From: Amphiscolops sp. MND2022
Lineage: Eukaryota
DNA length: 64,000 nt
Direction of reading: 5' to 3'
NCBI GenBank assembly: GCA_964187785.1
Contig: OZ076412.1
Coordinates: 46,934,001-46,998,000, forward strand
Below the pieces are notes generated by a model, which was not told where the DNA came from, did not search any database, and saw nothing but the letters and a program-made list of their open reading frames with translations. This document shows, one piece after another, positions 14,740 through 28,600 of the stretch. The stretch's first letter is position 1. Every line of letters begins with the position of its first letter. The translations under genes were made by a program, and so were the position numbers.

Positions 14740-16562
14740 GTATCAAGTTTAAAAAACTCATCAGGTCGAGACTTCATTTTGAACCACTGAGTTCAGTGAT
14801 CATTTCAAATTCCATTAACCTTCACTTAATTTTTCAGGTTTGTACTGCAGTCGCTCTATATACGCGTCGTTGTAAATGTCAGTGGAACCATTTTCCAGTT
14901 GCCATCAGTTCTCCTAGCCATATAAATTCCGAAATCGCTCATCATTCAGGTTCGCAAGTTGAAAACGTACCTGATTATCAGCTGTTTCTCTTCATGACTC
15001 GTTTTCAGAATTTGAGACATGGCGAAAATGAAAGTTCAGTGCTTCCTGTTGACTTCTATGGCCACAACATCTTAATGTAGAAAAACCTCAGAAATAATAG
15101 TAGTCATCGAGTAGTCATCAAGAGTTTGGAAACCGACAAAGACGAGTAAACTGGGCTTCAAGCGTACTAAAATGAAAGTTTCATATATTTTCAAACAGAT
15201 GAAAAACTAGGAAAGTAATTTTTCCTATTTGAAAATGATTTGTAATCAAAATTCCAGATTTTTGGCTTTTTAAAGATCCAAGACTTGGACTATAAGATTC
15301 GTTATTGGATTGAAAGTACTATTAGTAAACGAAAAATACCGTTTACATCCTTTTATTGTAGTCGAAATTCCCGGCAAACGGCGAAGACGCATTCTAAACT
15401 GCTAAGGGACCTGCTAAAGTTACCATCCAGTTGGACAAAAACTCAAGCTGCAATATTCCGTTTGGAGAACTGTACTCACTGGTTCCAGAAAAAACAAGGT
15501 TTTCACGAACAATAGGAAACTACTACCCAATGGATGTAATTTTGGGGGTGTATGCGCCACGAGCCATTGTTATTGCGGAAAGGCCGAACAGACAGTGAAA
15601 ACGACATTGAAAGCCTGGAAACATAATTTGAGAGTCAGTTTACAGATTCTCACAACGGTTTTTACTTAGCATCAGAAACACGACAATTGCACATGCTAAT
15701 GCTATTGCACGAATCATGTTGAAAAAGCTTCTAAGATTACCCGAAGTGTTTTGACTTTGAACACGGTTGATAGATTCTCTACAAACCCAGATTCTTCTGC
15801 AACCTGTATCATGATATGAACGAAGCTGCCAATGCTAACAATACTCTGAAAGTTTCTCAGAACCATGATCTTGCACTCTTGGCTTGTATGGTCCGTACCT
15901 ACATCTTGCACTCGTATATCGCGCATTGTCAGTTGTTACACTGAAGATCTCTAAGTATTGGTGATCTTGGAGGCTTAGGTCAGACCACCAAAATCAAGTC
16001 AAACACCTGTGGAGAATCTATAACATAAACGTTATGTAGCCTTGAAGTGACCTCGAGGTGCGTACCACAGTAACCCAGAATTAACGGTCATCAAAAATGG
16101 AGAAATATGTAATGAAAAATCCATAGCTCATGGGCTATGAACGAAATTAGTTTTAGTTTTTCATTTGAGGGAAATGTCGCCTTGAAAATGCCAGACAAAA
16201 GAAAATCACTTTTTCACAAACATCGTGTTGATCTGTTTCATCTTTCAATAGATAGATTTCAGTATATTCCTTCTACATAACAGTTACTCAAAAATGATTA
16301 CATTCTTGAAGTCAAGTCATCGATAACAACTCGTAAAAACGTCTTCGAAACCAAAACGGCATTCAAAGATCAAAAAATGTCTGGAGTTTTCAAAAGACGA
16401 ACTATCCGAAGCATTTACGGTACAGTAAAATGTTAGCAATCTGGGCGCTTCAGTCGTGATAGCAATTCTAAATGCATCCAAGTGTGCTTCCACTGGGTTT
16501 TGGATTCATAAAATGCACTTTAAGTGAACAAGTAGCTTTAGCAGAGGGCTCTCATTAGTTTG

Positions 16563-16718
16563 AATTTCGTTCTTTTCATCCAACTCACAAAGTTTTCACT
16601 GAAGTTTCAAATGAAAATTTTTTTTGGTAGAGAATTTCCGAAATTCTCTACCAAAAAAAAAGATTTCCATTTGAAACTTCAGTGAAAACTTTGTGAGTTG
16701 GATGAAAAGAACGAAATT
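16563..16718. repeat. Near-perfect palindrome of about 156 bp, centre 16639
   Basis: AATTTCGTTCTTTTCATCC... pairs with ...GGATGAAAAGAACGAAATT. Mismatches or indels only near the T/A run. Confidence 0.95.
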
Positions 16719-16919
16719 TTTCATGGTTGTTTCTGCCACAATATCCGCTTGAGGAGTATTTTTTCCATTCAATGTTCGTGAGAGATAACCTGCGCCTAAA
16801 AAACGTTTTTGATTGAGTCAATCAAAAACGTTTTTTAGGCGCAGGTTATCTCTCACGAACATTGAATGGAAAAAATACTCCTCAAGCGGATATTGTGGCA
16901 GAAACAACCATGAAAAATT
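16715..16919. repeat. Perfect 205-bp palindrome with a 1-nt centre (16817)
   Basis: The two arms are exact reverse complements around ...GATTGA-G-TCAATC... Confidence 0.95.
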
Positions 16920-17522
16920 CGAGAGCCTTCGAGTCTCCAGTAATTTTGAGGATGTTTGTCTGATTGTCCAAAATGCAGGATACAAGTTTTGTGTACCTAA
17001 TACGAGTACAAATTTAGGGCAAGATTTTATGTTTAGAGATTTCTAGCTGACAGAACTTGATTCTGAACAACTTTCCACCCCCGAAAAAAACTTGGAGAAA
17101 AGATATAGTAAAAAGGCCATCATTTTAAACCAATCTATAATCAGAATTGACTAGAAAGGAGTTGGCATTTCCCCAGTTTTTTGAAGAGTTTATTCCTCGG
17201 AAAAGAAACTTGTTTCCATTTTAAAATTTAAATTTTAAAGACGAAAAAAGAATCTGGATAACAAGAGATCATCACGCTTCGTTTCGCGCGTGGTTTTTCG
17301 TGTTTGGAACAATCACCTTCGAAAGATAAAATACATACCTGCACTCTGGGACTTGCTGTTCCACCCCAGAGAAAGCTGTGTTCGATGCTCACTGTGAAAC
17401 CCAACATACAGCATTTTTTTCAGCACTCTGCAATTTTTTCAAAAATTCCAAGTTATTCAAAAGGTCACCTATTGTTTTTAGTCAGCGTATTATGCTTCAA
17501 AGGAAAAATTCACTTACAGTGA

Positions 17523-19262
17523 TTTCGCCGGGCTTCCCCTGCGAGATGTCCGGAGTGCAGCATCGATGATCAGTTCAACTTGCTCCTTCCTACCGCCTTA
17601 GATCCGAAGATCCGAATCAAATCGTCATCAGTGGTACAGGCTTCAAAAACATTTAAAGTTACCATAAACTGAGATAATTGTTTTGAATGTTTGTTCTTGT
17701 TGCTAAATTTTTAGCATTCGTTTGTGTTATAGTGTTCGTTAATGTTAAATTGGATGCCCTATTGCCTTCATTGATTTAATTGTAACAACGGTCTGACCGT
17801 TGGCAAATCGAAAGAAAAAGAAAAACTTTGACCAAATAAATTAGTCTCTAGTGATAATGTTACTAGCTGACCCAAGCCAAGCCTTTATTTTTACTCCCAC
17901 TTTACCTTATAAGAGTGTACTGTAGTTTGATATAGCTTTCAAAATAATAGAGCATTTGTAGCAAGACTATGTAGGAAGCTTTCATAATCTGCATGATGAA
18001 TTATCCATGAAACAGCATACTGTGCTCATACTTCTTTTCATTGAGAGTTTATACTGCTTTGTGCAGTTCTTACTAAGCCACATATGCGGCTTTAGCTAAA
18101 AAACAGTATGATGACTACATACGTGCGGATAGTTATGCTACTTACCGCATTATGCGGAAGTATTGTAAAAACATCATGATGATTACATCCGTGTGCACGT
18201 TTATACTCCTCACCGCATTATGCGGAAATAACTCAAAACAGCATGAAGTTTAATTCATAATTAACATAATGAACAGCACCGATAAATTATACTGCATTAT
18301 GCGGTTCCCATAAAACAGTATATATGCGGATATGCTGACAAAACGTCATAATCCGCATATTGCTTCTACAGTAATTTACTGATGTAGCAGTTCTATATTT
18401 AGACCTTCTAGGGATATGACGTTATGAAGTATTTTTAATCCCTGACCCTAGAAACATGACGTGATGATGATTTGTATAAAATTGATTGTCATGCTACTAA
18501 AAATACCAACCAATAGAATCATTCGAAGCGTGTCCCTAAGAAATCATTATTCCCCACATGCATTCGAAAACAATTTCACGCAGAACACAGTCACTCAATT
18601 TCACAAACTACCCACAGTTCTCAAACTTGGCAGTTTTCTTCCTTTGTAAAGATAACTTCCACGATTTCATTTCACCAAAATATCTTTGTAATTCAAAGAT
18701 TTCTACACTCAACACTGTTTTCATCATGGGAAATAAAAGAAATAGACGTTCAAGAAGGACAGAATCTCAGTCATCGGACAGAGAAGAGAACACTTCAGAA
18801 ACAAGCTTCACTCAAGGTAATGCGACTTTAGTTGATGTTTCTGAAAATGTTTATAACATTTTTGACAGGAACTTAGGTAGCGAACTGACAGAACCTTCTC
18901 AAATCAGCAAAGAAATAGAAGTAATATCCCAGAGATTATTTGAACAGAACAGTAACAAGATGACACAAATCGAACAGCAACTGAATAGTATATTCGAAGA
19001 GATACTTAGAGAAATTAGAACAAGTAGAGAAAGCAATTTGGCAAATGATGAAGAGGATGCCGAGAACAATAGGCCAGGTCCATCTAACTCGAAAAATAGA
19101 AGTCTCAGGAACAATCACGCATCAAATACAACATTAGACAAAGACAAAAATCAGGATGATCGGTTTTATCCATCTGAAATGGGTGAATTAAGACAACCAA
19201 TGAAACACTAAACGAAACCATCATTATAAACGAAAACAGACAGGAGAATGCCGATCATCACA
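17523..19262 (+). repeat. 5' LTR of element A (about 1.74 kb)
   Basis: Nearly identical to 32393-34158. Starts TT (TG in the 3' copy) and ends CA. Has a 22-bp deletion near 19200 relative to the 3' LTR. Confidence 0.95.
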
Positions 19263-19273
19263 TGGTGACAGGA
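19263..19273 (+). promoter_or_regulatory. Primer-binding site TGGTGACAGGA (tRNA-Leu-like, unverified)
   Basis: Immediately follows the LTR-terminal CA. The same 11-mer is present in element B at 59209-59199. Confidence 0.8.
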
Positions 19274-20361
19274 CCTATCAAGAACATCCTGAGACAAAGC
19301 TCTACTAACTCTAACACAACAAATACAATTGGACCACACGCAACAACCCTTCTCGAACATCCTGAAACATCAGACCCTGTCAGCCAAATTGCATTAGCAA
19401 TTGAAAATCTGGCACGAAAAAACCCAGAACCCTCACTCTATCACCCGAAAAACACACTCACTTTTAACGGTAAATTAGAGAAAAATGAAAAGTTCGAGTA
19501 CTTTGAAGACCTTTTTCATACCACGCTCAGGATGCAACCTCATCTCACTGAAGAGATGAAAATAAACCATTTTCACGCCCATCTCAGAGGACTGGCGTTA
19601 AAAACCTTCAAAAACATACAACGCACACCTACCACAACACTTGAAGACATCTTGGTAGTATTCCGCAGAAAGTATGTCAAGCCTGAATCTAGTGCTTCAG
19701 CCAAACATAGATTCAACAGGCTTATGTTCCAACCCGAAAACCAGAAGCTGCCCGACTTTCTCGAAGATCTACAAGAGAGTGCTGAAAATGCCTTTGGGGA
19801 AGCAGCGCCACAGATGATCGAAAGTCTCATATACGCAAAAATGCCTCCCCATCTAAAGAAATTAATCAACCAAGCGTACCTTGAGAATGGTACCTACGAC
19901 CAAATTGTACGACACTTAGAACGCGAAATGGAACTCAATGGACTCGAAGCAGATGAGCCATTAGTCAAAACACAAATGACAGCTGTAAAACAGCAAACCA
20001 ACACATAAAACACTAAAAGTTCGACACAAAACACAAAATCTAAAACCAAAACTCCCAACACAGTTCCCAACAACACTCTACAAAACAACCAATGTCGTTA
20101 TTGCAAAGAAGAAGGTCACATGGCGAAGGAATGCCCAAAACTTGCAAAACGGCAAAAACTCGATAATTATCCAGATGCACCACGATGCTCCCATTGTAAC
20201 ACTACAGGACATGAAAAACCCAACTGTTACTTAGGAGCTAAAATGGAAAATCGTCCACCCAAATGGACACTGACAGAAAACCAACAAAAACTCATTGACG
20301 AGTATAAAAAATCAAACAAACCCATCAACCCACGAAACACGAAACCTTCAACATCGAAGGA

Positions 20362-20368
20362 TTTAAAC
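20362..20368 (+). promoter_or_regulatory. Candidate -1 ribosomal frameshift slippery heptamer T TTA AAC at the gag/pol junction
   Basis: X XXY YYZ pattern in the gag frame just before the gag stop. The -1 frame is open and continuous with pol ORF 20437. Confidence 0.75.
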
Positions 20369-23300
20369 TAATACAGCCACGCCTTCAAGCAGAAACACCA
20401 CAAAAACAACACTCTACTGATGACTGGCAGCATCAGTTGAGTCCCAAACCAACAAAAATTACAGTCTTTGATCATAAAACCAACAAAACCGACTCTCACA
20501 CTACAGACACATCAACTACAACTCCAGATACTCAAACGGAGGATCTATATGACCTACTCAAGGATGCTCCTGATAACTACATCCTACGACAAATCTTTGA
20601 ACCTGCAACCGAAACAGAAACACAAAATCAACACCCTAACACCTCACAACCTCAAGAAACACAAACTGATCACCTAAACACACAATCCACATCGACAACT
20701 CAAACCGACGAAGACGTCACCTCAGAATTAACCAAAACTCTCTTTTGTGCATCACCTGGAAAACAACCCCTCCTTGATAATGATGTTTTCAATCATCTAA
20801 CTACAGATGAAGGCAATAACATCATGTATTTGAACCTTTCTACAAACCTTACACTCAAAAAGAAACGTCATATGTACTATTTCCCAATGGATTTCGAAAA
20901 ACTAACTCTGGATGGACTCATAGATACAGGCGCCTTAACAAGCGCGATTTCAGAAGCTGATCTTAATAAAATCAAACGCTTATCAAACGAAGCAATCAAA
21001 GACACTGGCCCAGCACCTAACTTCCAAATTATGGTGGCGAACGGTCAGCTTGAACGCCCCATTGGAACCGTCCTCCTCGAAGTCGAGGTAGCAGATTTCC
21101 AATTTCAAGAGAATTTCATAGTAATGAAGACACTACCAAACCCACTTATTGGCCTGTGCTTCTTACAAAGACACAACGCTCTTTTCGATATTCGACAAGG
21201 AATCATTACATTCCCATACTTGTCAATGCAATTGCGTCCCGAACACACAACAAACACCCGAACAGCAACACCCTTGCTGACTGAAACCACTTATACCCTA
21301 CAACCCGGAGAAACTCTTGCAATTTCCAGCAAAATGCCACACTTGATAGACCACAATGCAACAGGAATTGTTACTCCGTCATCACACATGGAGGAACATG
21401 AGAGCATTTTCATTACCTCATCATTAAGCACAGTCAACAACAACGCAGTGGGTTACCAAGTGATCAATTTCTCGGATATGCCTTACACCCTTCCAGTGGA
21501 CACACACATGGCAGATTTCCGAGTCCTCACACCAGAACAAATCAAACACATCAAACCAGTTGATCCATCAACCCTCACCTTCATGATGCATCAACATATG
21601 GAGAACACCGACCTTTACCTCAACCAACTGATGAAAACAAACCATTCATCTGATGAACAAGAAATGTATTGGTTTCCGACACCTGAACAACCTGGGGATC
21701 CAGAAACATACACACCCATACAAAAACGAATTTACGACGAACTACTGGAGCTCAAACAACTTGAACAATTCAACCCAAACGACAACGCAGAATCTAGAAA
21801 GCAATTCCTTGACCATTTCGACTGGACCGATACTACCCTAAGCCCATTCGAAAAACAGCACATTGAAGACATCCCGGTGCAATACCATGATATCTTTGCC
21901 AGACATCGGTTTGATATTGGCACCAATAGAGAATTTAAGGTTAAATTGACTCCTAATGATGATAGGCCTGCCTACAGTCAAAGTCTCCCTACGCCAATCA
22001 ACCTCAAAGACGACATAACTGTTGAACTAGCCCTTCTCCATCGTTATGGTATCATCACAACATTACCATTCTCTAAGTACGCAAGCCCTTTTTTTGCCCA
22101 GAGAAAACCAAATGGACGCCTTCGTCTCCTGGTAGATCTGCGCAAAATCAACAACCTCATCACCCAAGATTACGTAAACAACAACCATCCAGTTAGCACA
22201 TTGTCAGATGCTGCACAGCACATGACCGGAAAGAAGCTTTTCTGCAAACTCGACTGCTCACAAGCATACCATTGTTTGCAGATGGCCGACTATCAGTCAA
22301 TACAAATGCTAGCTTTCAACTTCGCAAGCCGAACCTTTGCATACAGACGTCTTGCTCAAGGTCTTCGTCGTTCATTATCCGCCTTCTCTTCCTTCATGAG
22401 AGAATATCTAGACAAGGCCATTAAGGCTGACCAGTGTGCACAATACGTTGATGACATTGGCATAGCTGCGAACGATTCAACACAACTCTGCATCAACATC
22501 AAAACAGTCTTTGAATGCATCAGAAATGCAGGACTTAAGCTTACAATGGCTAAATGCCATTTTGGTGTCAAACAGGTCGACTTTTTGGGATGAACAATAA
22601 CCCCACAAGGAGTCTCACCACAAACCGAGAAGTCAAACTATTTCTTCAAAAACTCAAATTCCCGAAATCCAAAAAAGCCCTTCAAAGGTATATTGGGTTT
22701 CTTAACTACTACAGAAACTACATCCCTCGTTTATCAGAAAAACTGTCGCCTTTCTTCAAACTACTCAAAGAAACATCACAATTTTGCATACCAAACACCG
22801 TTTTGGACACATTTAAAGAACTAAACCAACAACTGGAGGAATCATGCAACCTTGCTCTCAAACAACCACTACAGAACAAACAACTCATTCTTATGACAGA
22901 CGCAAGTTTCACAGCAGCCGGTTATGCCATCATGATTGAAGATGACCCTAACCAGAAACTCCAATCCAGAAGAAAAACCTATGCCCCAATTGCGTTTGGG
23001 TCAAAAACGTTCAACCCAACACAACTCAAAATGTCAATTTACGCGAAAGAATTCTTAGCAATTTATTTCGCGTTTTTCGAATTTGAACACCTAATGTGGG
23101 GAAGCATCTTTCCTGTTATAGTCTTCACGGACAACCGTTCAGTAACACGCTTCTTTCAAACAAAAATAATACCACCACCCCTCTGGAACGCCTGTGACTA
23201 TGTACTGCAATATAACTTCGTCATAGCACACGTTGCAGGAGCTATGAACACAGCTGCTGATTTCCTTTCAAGAGCGGAAGTAAACCCGAATGAAAAACTC

Positions 23301-25354
23301 GAAATGAACATCCGAAATGATGTTGCAACCAAAGCAATCGAAGTCAATATTCAGTCCACAGGAGTTGCTGAGGAAGAAACTCTTTACATCCTTCCGGACG
23401 AATCCCCCACAGAACAGCAAATGTGGGAAGAGAAAAACACAATACGCTCTATGGCAAGAACGGAAACCCACAATGATCCAGAAAACGAAGTGTCAGACCT
23501 CTAAACTTTCCACAAACCCACAGCGGGCACAATCAACTACCGCGAAGGACACTTCAAAGACAACGCCAAAATCCGCTTGGAACAAAACAATGACCAAGTA
23601 TTACGCAATCTTCGATATAAACTTGAAGGTGAACCTTACGACGAAACAGAGTTTACGCAAGATTATCGCTACAAACACTATTTACAAAATATCACCAGAA
23701 TTGAAATTAAACAAGATGTCTTAACACGAAGATACTACAATGATACTGGGATGATATCACATTACCAGATACTCTTACCAAAACAACTACTAGATGAATT
23801 CCTTCATGCACTCCATGGACATAACGCAAATCATCCTGGAAAAACAAAGATGATCCAAGAAGCCCGGCAGAAGTATTACTATCCCTGCTTAGCCAAATAC
23901 ATTCGAACTTGGGTCACAAAATGCCAAATGTGTATACAAAATAAACGCATCAACAATGACCTCCTGAAAACAGAACTACTTACTTGCCCAGACTGGGATT
24001 TGGGCCCAGAAGACATTCTACAAATGGACATTCTCCCTAATCTCCCGACAAGCGGAGGTTATGACAACATCATCACAGCAATAGACGTGTTCTCACGCTA
24101 TTTGTTTGCCTATCCAGTCACCAGGATCACCGCCCCAGCAGTAGCAAAAGTCATTATGGATATTTTGTGCAAACACACATACCTACCCACAACAATCATT
24201 ACAGATATGGGCACTCAATTCAACTCACAGGTTACCAAAGAAGTTGCAGCAGTCCTAAACATAGAACTCAAACACGCAACGACAAAACATGCCCAATTAA
24301 TTGACTATTAGAACGTACCCATGCATCGGTTAAAGCGCATCTTAAAGCAGCCACTGGAGAATTCAGAAACAATTGGCATAAGTTTCTACCATTGGCAGTC
24401 TTGAACCATAATACAACCTACCATGCAACACTTGGTTGCAAACCTACACGGGTCTTCCATGGAAGAATCCCGCACAATATACTCGATTTCAAGTTGGGGT
24501 ACAATCCAAACCCTAGATTTCAACCCCAAACTGAGGTAGCAGAAGAGGTACAAAGACGGATTGCATTACTTCATGACCAAACAAAGAAAAACATTATGCA
24601 ATCCTACCTTAAATATAAAGCATACTACGACAGGAAAGCGGAAGCAGCACCCCTTACAACAGGGGATTATTGCTTTATCTTGAATCCGAAAGCAGACACA
24701 CAGGCAACCAAAATCCCCTTCAGAGATTTCCGCTGGGTTGGCCCTTACAAAGTCGAAAAAGTCCTACCGAATAACAATTACATTGTTCGTCGTTTGGGCA
24801 CAAATAAAACCCAATTGCTTCATCGTATACGACTACGTATATACATTCCACAAGCACCTCTAGCTGACAATTTTGTCAGAGAGTCTGAATGGCAAAAAGA
24901 AGATACACTTATCGCTCGAGATGACTTATATGCCCACACCTGGGACACAAATTTAGGATCGAGCCCATTTGACACTGACCATGAAATTAATGATCAGCAA
25001 GAAGACATGGTAGAATATGAGCCTACTTCTCAACCTGGAATAAACCGCCCTCCCACCCCCGATAATTCTCAAAACAGTGGGGGGACCCCAGCAGAACAAC
25101 CTGCTGTGACCGACAAAGAACCCCAGATAATTGATAAAATCATTACAAGAAACGAAAATCAAGAGCCCATACCAGAAATTTCAAGAAATCCAGAAACTTC
25201 CCAAGAAACCTCAACCCAAAAGTCACCAAAAACTCCCGAAAATAACCCAGAACATGATGCACTAGAAACACTAAAAACAGTTAACACGAGAGGTGAAAAG
25301 TACAACTTACGCCCGAACCCTAACCCTAACTACTCAGACTCATACAGATACTAA
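20362..25354 (+). pseudogene. pol: Element A pol (PR-RT-RH-IN, GPY motif), disrupted
   Basis: PR LIDTGALTS; RT YVDDIGI; RH TDASFTAAGY and TDNRSV; integrase HHCC plus DILPNL / DMGTQF / ERTH; WVGPYKV. Frameshift near 22590 and stops at 23502 and 24309. Confidence 0.95.
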
Positions 25355-25629
25355 AAAAGACAAAATCAAGAGACTCAAAGACTTTAACTAAACACAGTCT
25401 CCGTTTATCTTTTGCTCTCACATCTTTTCTCTTCACTTTTTCTTTCCCAATCAGTTACTTCAGTAACTGTTTTGAGAATTGATTTACTGGAATCAACAAA
25501 ACTAACTAAACCAAATCAGGTGTAACCAACCTGAAGCAAAGCAAACAAAGTATACAAAGAACAAAGCAACAAATAAATGGATTACAAGCAACACCGCAAT
25601 CTATAGAAACAGTAATAACTTGACGTCTC

Positions 25630-28600
25630 TCATTTACCACCGGGAGATGGTCTCTTCTTTATAGAAAGCTTCTTCGCAGATTTAGTTTGGTCAGGGGGTA
25701 GAAACGGAACCTCGCTGACGAAGCGCGGAACAGCCAAAGTAGCAGTAGCCAATTGCAGAGTCTGATCGAAACCTCTTGATGACCCACCGGAAGGCCCAAC
25801 CGGGATTGGCCCTGGAACAGCAAACTTCGAACTGGGTAGAGGAGTTTTGGGCGATTTACTAGTAGAAGAAGTGACCCGATGAGTTGGCGAAGAAGAAGTT
25901 GAACCAGAAGGTTTAGGATCAACATCCAGAGGAGTCCATGCCCTTTCTTCATCAGTAACCGTGCAGGTGAAACGGGACTCAAATTTATTCTGTAGTCGTA
26001 GTCGGCGAGATGAACAACAGGAACTAACGTCCCAAACAGAATAATCGAGATTTTCCAACAAACTCCTCCCTTTTCCGAGCAAGGAAAAAATAGGGGCAAC
26101 AGTTCTAGGATTGGAAAATAACACCAAGACGTTGGGAATGCCGACCAGAGAAGACTGAACACTCCTAACTGAAGAAGTGAAATCACAGTTGTCAGAAGCC
26201 AAGTCAGGTAATGCAACGGTGAAAACAGGTGGAATGCAAATAGAGCTAGAAATTCCAAGACAACACAACTTGAATACAGAGAATAAATTGGTGCGACATT
26301 GGAGCTCATAATAACCGGACATGAAGGTAACCCAGTCTGTATCGTACTGTACTTCGCAAGACCTGAACTTCTCAACAAAAGATCAGTACTCACTCAAGAT
26401 GAGTGGCTTGATGGAACTTGATATCCAGTCCCGCTGTATGAGGAAATCGCACAATTGGTCTGATTCTTCTTCGTAGTCCTCCTCTCGCCCATGTAATATC
26501 ACAGCTTCGTCGAAAACAGACATTCCTCGGATAAGCTTCGACTTGCGAATGCTGTGTTTCAGAAGCAAAGTACATAGACTTTTATAGAAACACAGTGCTT
26601 GTTCGACGAAATGGGTCGGTAGATCACTCTTATTAACTAAGTCGGCAAAGTCTTTACTACGAAGAAAATCGGTGACGCTTTTGAAAGGAAGATCAGAAGA
26701 CAAGTCAATAGACAAGAATCGGTCCCAGTCAGAGATGTCCCCCAAGAAAGAATCTGGCAAGATAGTCTGGAGCTGACAATACACAAATGTGGCGTAGGAA
26801 CTGTAGAGTCGGAAGCCGTCTGAGGCGATCCCAGTGACTCCTTTGAAAGCCGATTGGTCTGAAGCATTTTCAGATTAAGAAAAGGAACCAGACATTAAAA
26901 GAATGGAAAAAATAGAAAAGGCTAACAATGAAGAAGCACATTTCGTACTAGAAACAACTTGGCGGGATAAGTCTTGTCTTTAAATATCGTCTCATCCAAA
27001 CTTTTTGGCTGAAACATCAAAGATTGGCCATTAAGGCCATTAAACCAAGTCAGAACAACGATATCTGGAATTTCGGAAACGAATATTACCTCTTTCATGT
27101 GGTATTTGAAAGCCTTGATCCGGTCAGTGAGACGGAGATGAGCAACCACATGATGCCAATTCTGGTACAGTTGTCCAAGAAGAATAGCGCACTTGTCATA
27201 ACTGTATTCGAAGCTACAGAGCGCCTAAAAGAACAAATTCATGCCTGTGAGAACTAATAGCATTGGAAATGAACTTAAGACATGACGCATTATGATGTCT
27301 TCCAAATACAGTATAGGATGCTGAACAGCATGCAGCATAAGATATGCGGACTATGCGGATTAACCGTGAAACCAGCATAATTCAAGAAAAACAGTATAAA
27401 AGAATAAATCACGCTGTTTCAAGAGAAAACAGCATAGAAGAAAAGTTCATGCGATTTTCAGGAGAAAACAGCATAGAAGAAAAGTTCATGCGATTTTCAG
27501 GAGAAAACAGCATAGAAGGAAAGTTCATGCAACTTTCAGGAGAAAACAGCATAGAAGAATAGTTCATGCGATTTTCAAAAGAAAACAGCATAGAAGATAA
27601 GTTCATGCGGTTTTCAGAAGAAAACAGCACAAAGAAGTATCCAAGCGGTCTCAGTAAAAGAGTCAGCATAGAAGAAAAGTATATATGCGGTTTTTGGAAG
27701 AAAACAGCATAAAGGAATACTCATGCGGTTTTCGAAAGAAAACTACATAAAGAAGCACCCATGCAGTTCCCGTAATGGAATGGCATAGAAGATGTGATTA
27801 TGCGGTTTTCGGAAAAGGTGGCATAAGAAAATACCCACACAAGCGGAATAAAAACAGTATGAAGATAAAATCTATGCAGTTTGCAGAAAACAATGGATAA
27901 TGAAATGAAGAAACTATGGTCAAGATCCAACAAAGTATGCGGTAATATGCGGTTTTCTCAAGACGTCTTAGGAGTGTTGATTACGGTTAGGAAGGGACAT
28001 AATAATAGTTAAACAATAGAAATGCTTACTTCTCGAAGCTCCCGCAAGTTGTTGAGCCAAGCTGATCCCAAAGCTGTCCGAAGTTTCATCAAAAGAAATT
28101 GTAAAACGCTGTGTATGTCATAGCGGTCCAGGATTTTGACACATGGGCCCGCGAGCATTTTGTATAAATCTTCATAGCCGAAAGTAGCAACGACGCAAAT
28201 GGGTGTGGATTGGTTCAGCTCAGTAGTCAATGTGTTACTGACCCGTCCATCAAACCCGAGCAGAGAAAACACAGTGGGTGGATTGCTTGTAACAGCAAGG
28301 AAAGAAGAGATGGCATCGAGGACTTTTGGAGCTGTTTGGAGACTGTTGGGAAACTCGGAAAGGCAGATACTATTGTACACATTCCCGGACCAGAAGGCCA
28401 AATTAACCTGAGCAACTTTAGTCGAGGAAATGAATTGAAGGGAACACAAGCCTCGCTGACCAATAGATGTGACAGAATATCGTAGTAACTCGTGAAACAT
28501 GTAGACGAGTATTCCCTGTGAAACATACGAATTAAATATATGATAGATAGATGCCCAACTCAGTTAGATAACAAAAGATACTTACAAAAACACGTTCCTG

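Larger units (their letters stand above)
18726..20371 (+). pseudogene. gag: Element A gag, starting inside the LTR (MGNKRNRRSRR), with two CCHC zinc knuckles
   Basis: The LTR ORF is in frame with ORF 19262 when the intact 3' LTR sequence is used. Knuckles CRYCKEEGHMAKEC and CSHCNTTGHEKPNC. Lesions: 22-bp deletion at about 19200 and TAA at 20006-20008. Confidence 0.9.

Noticed and set aside
25659-26393. 244-aa minus-strand ORF overlapping cargo exon 6 in another frame
   Set aside because: The alternative frame has no counterpart similarity in element B. The frame of ORFs 26383-26784 and 25630-26322 is the conserved one.
27340-27950. 39-bp array (and the 33-bp and 24-bp arrays) as CRISPR
   Set aside because: Head-to-tail repeats with no unique spacers, no cas genes, and a eukaryotic retroelement context.
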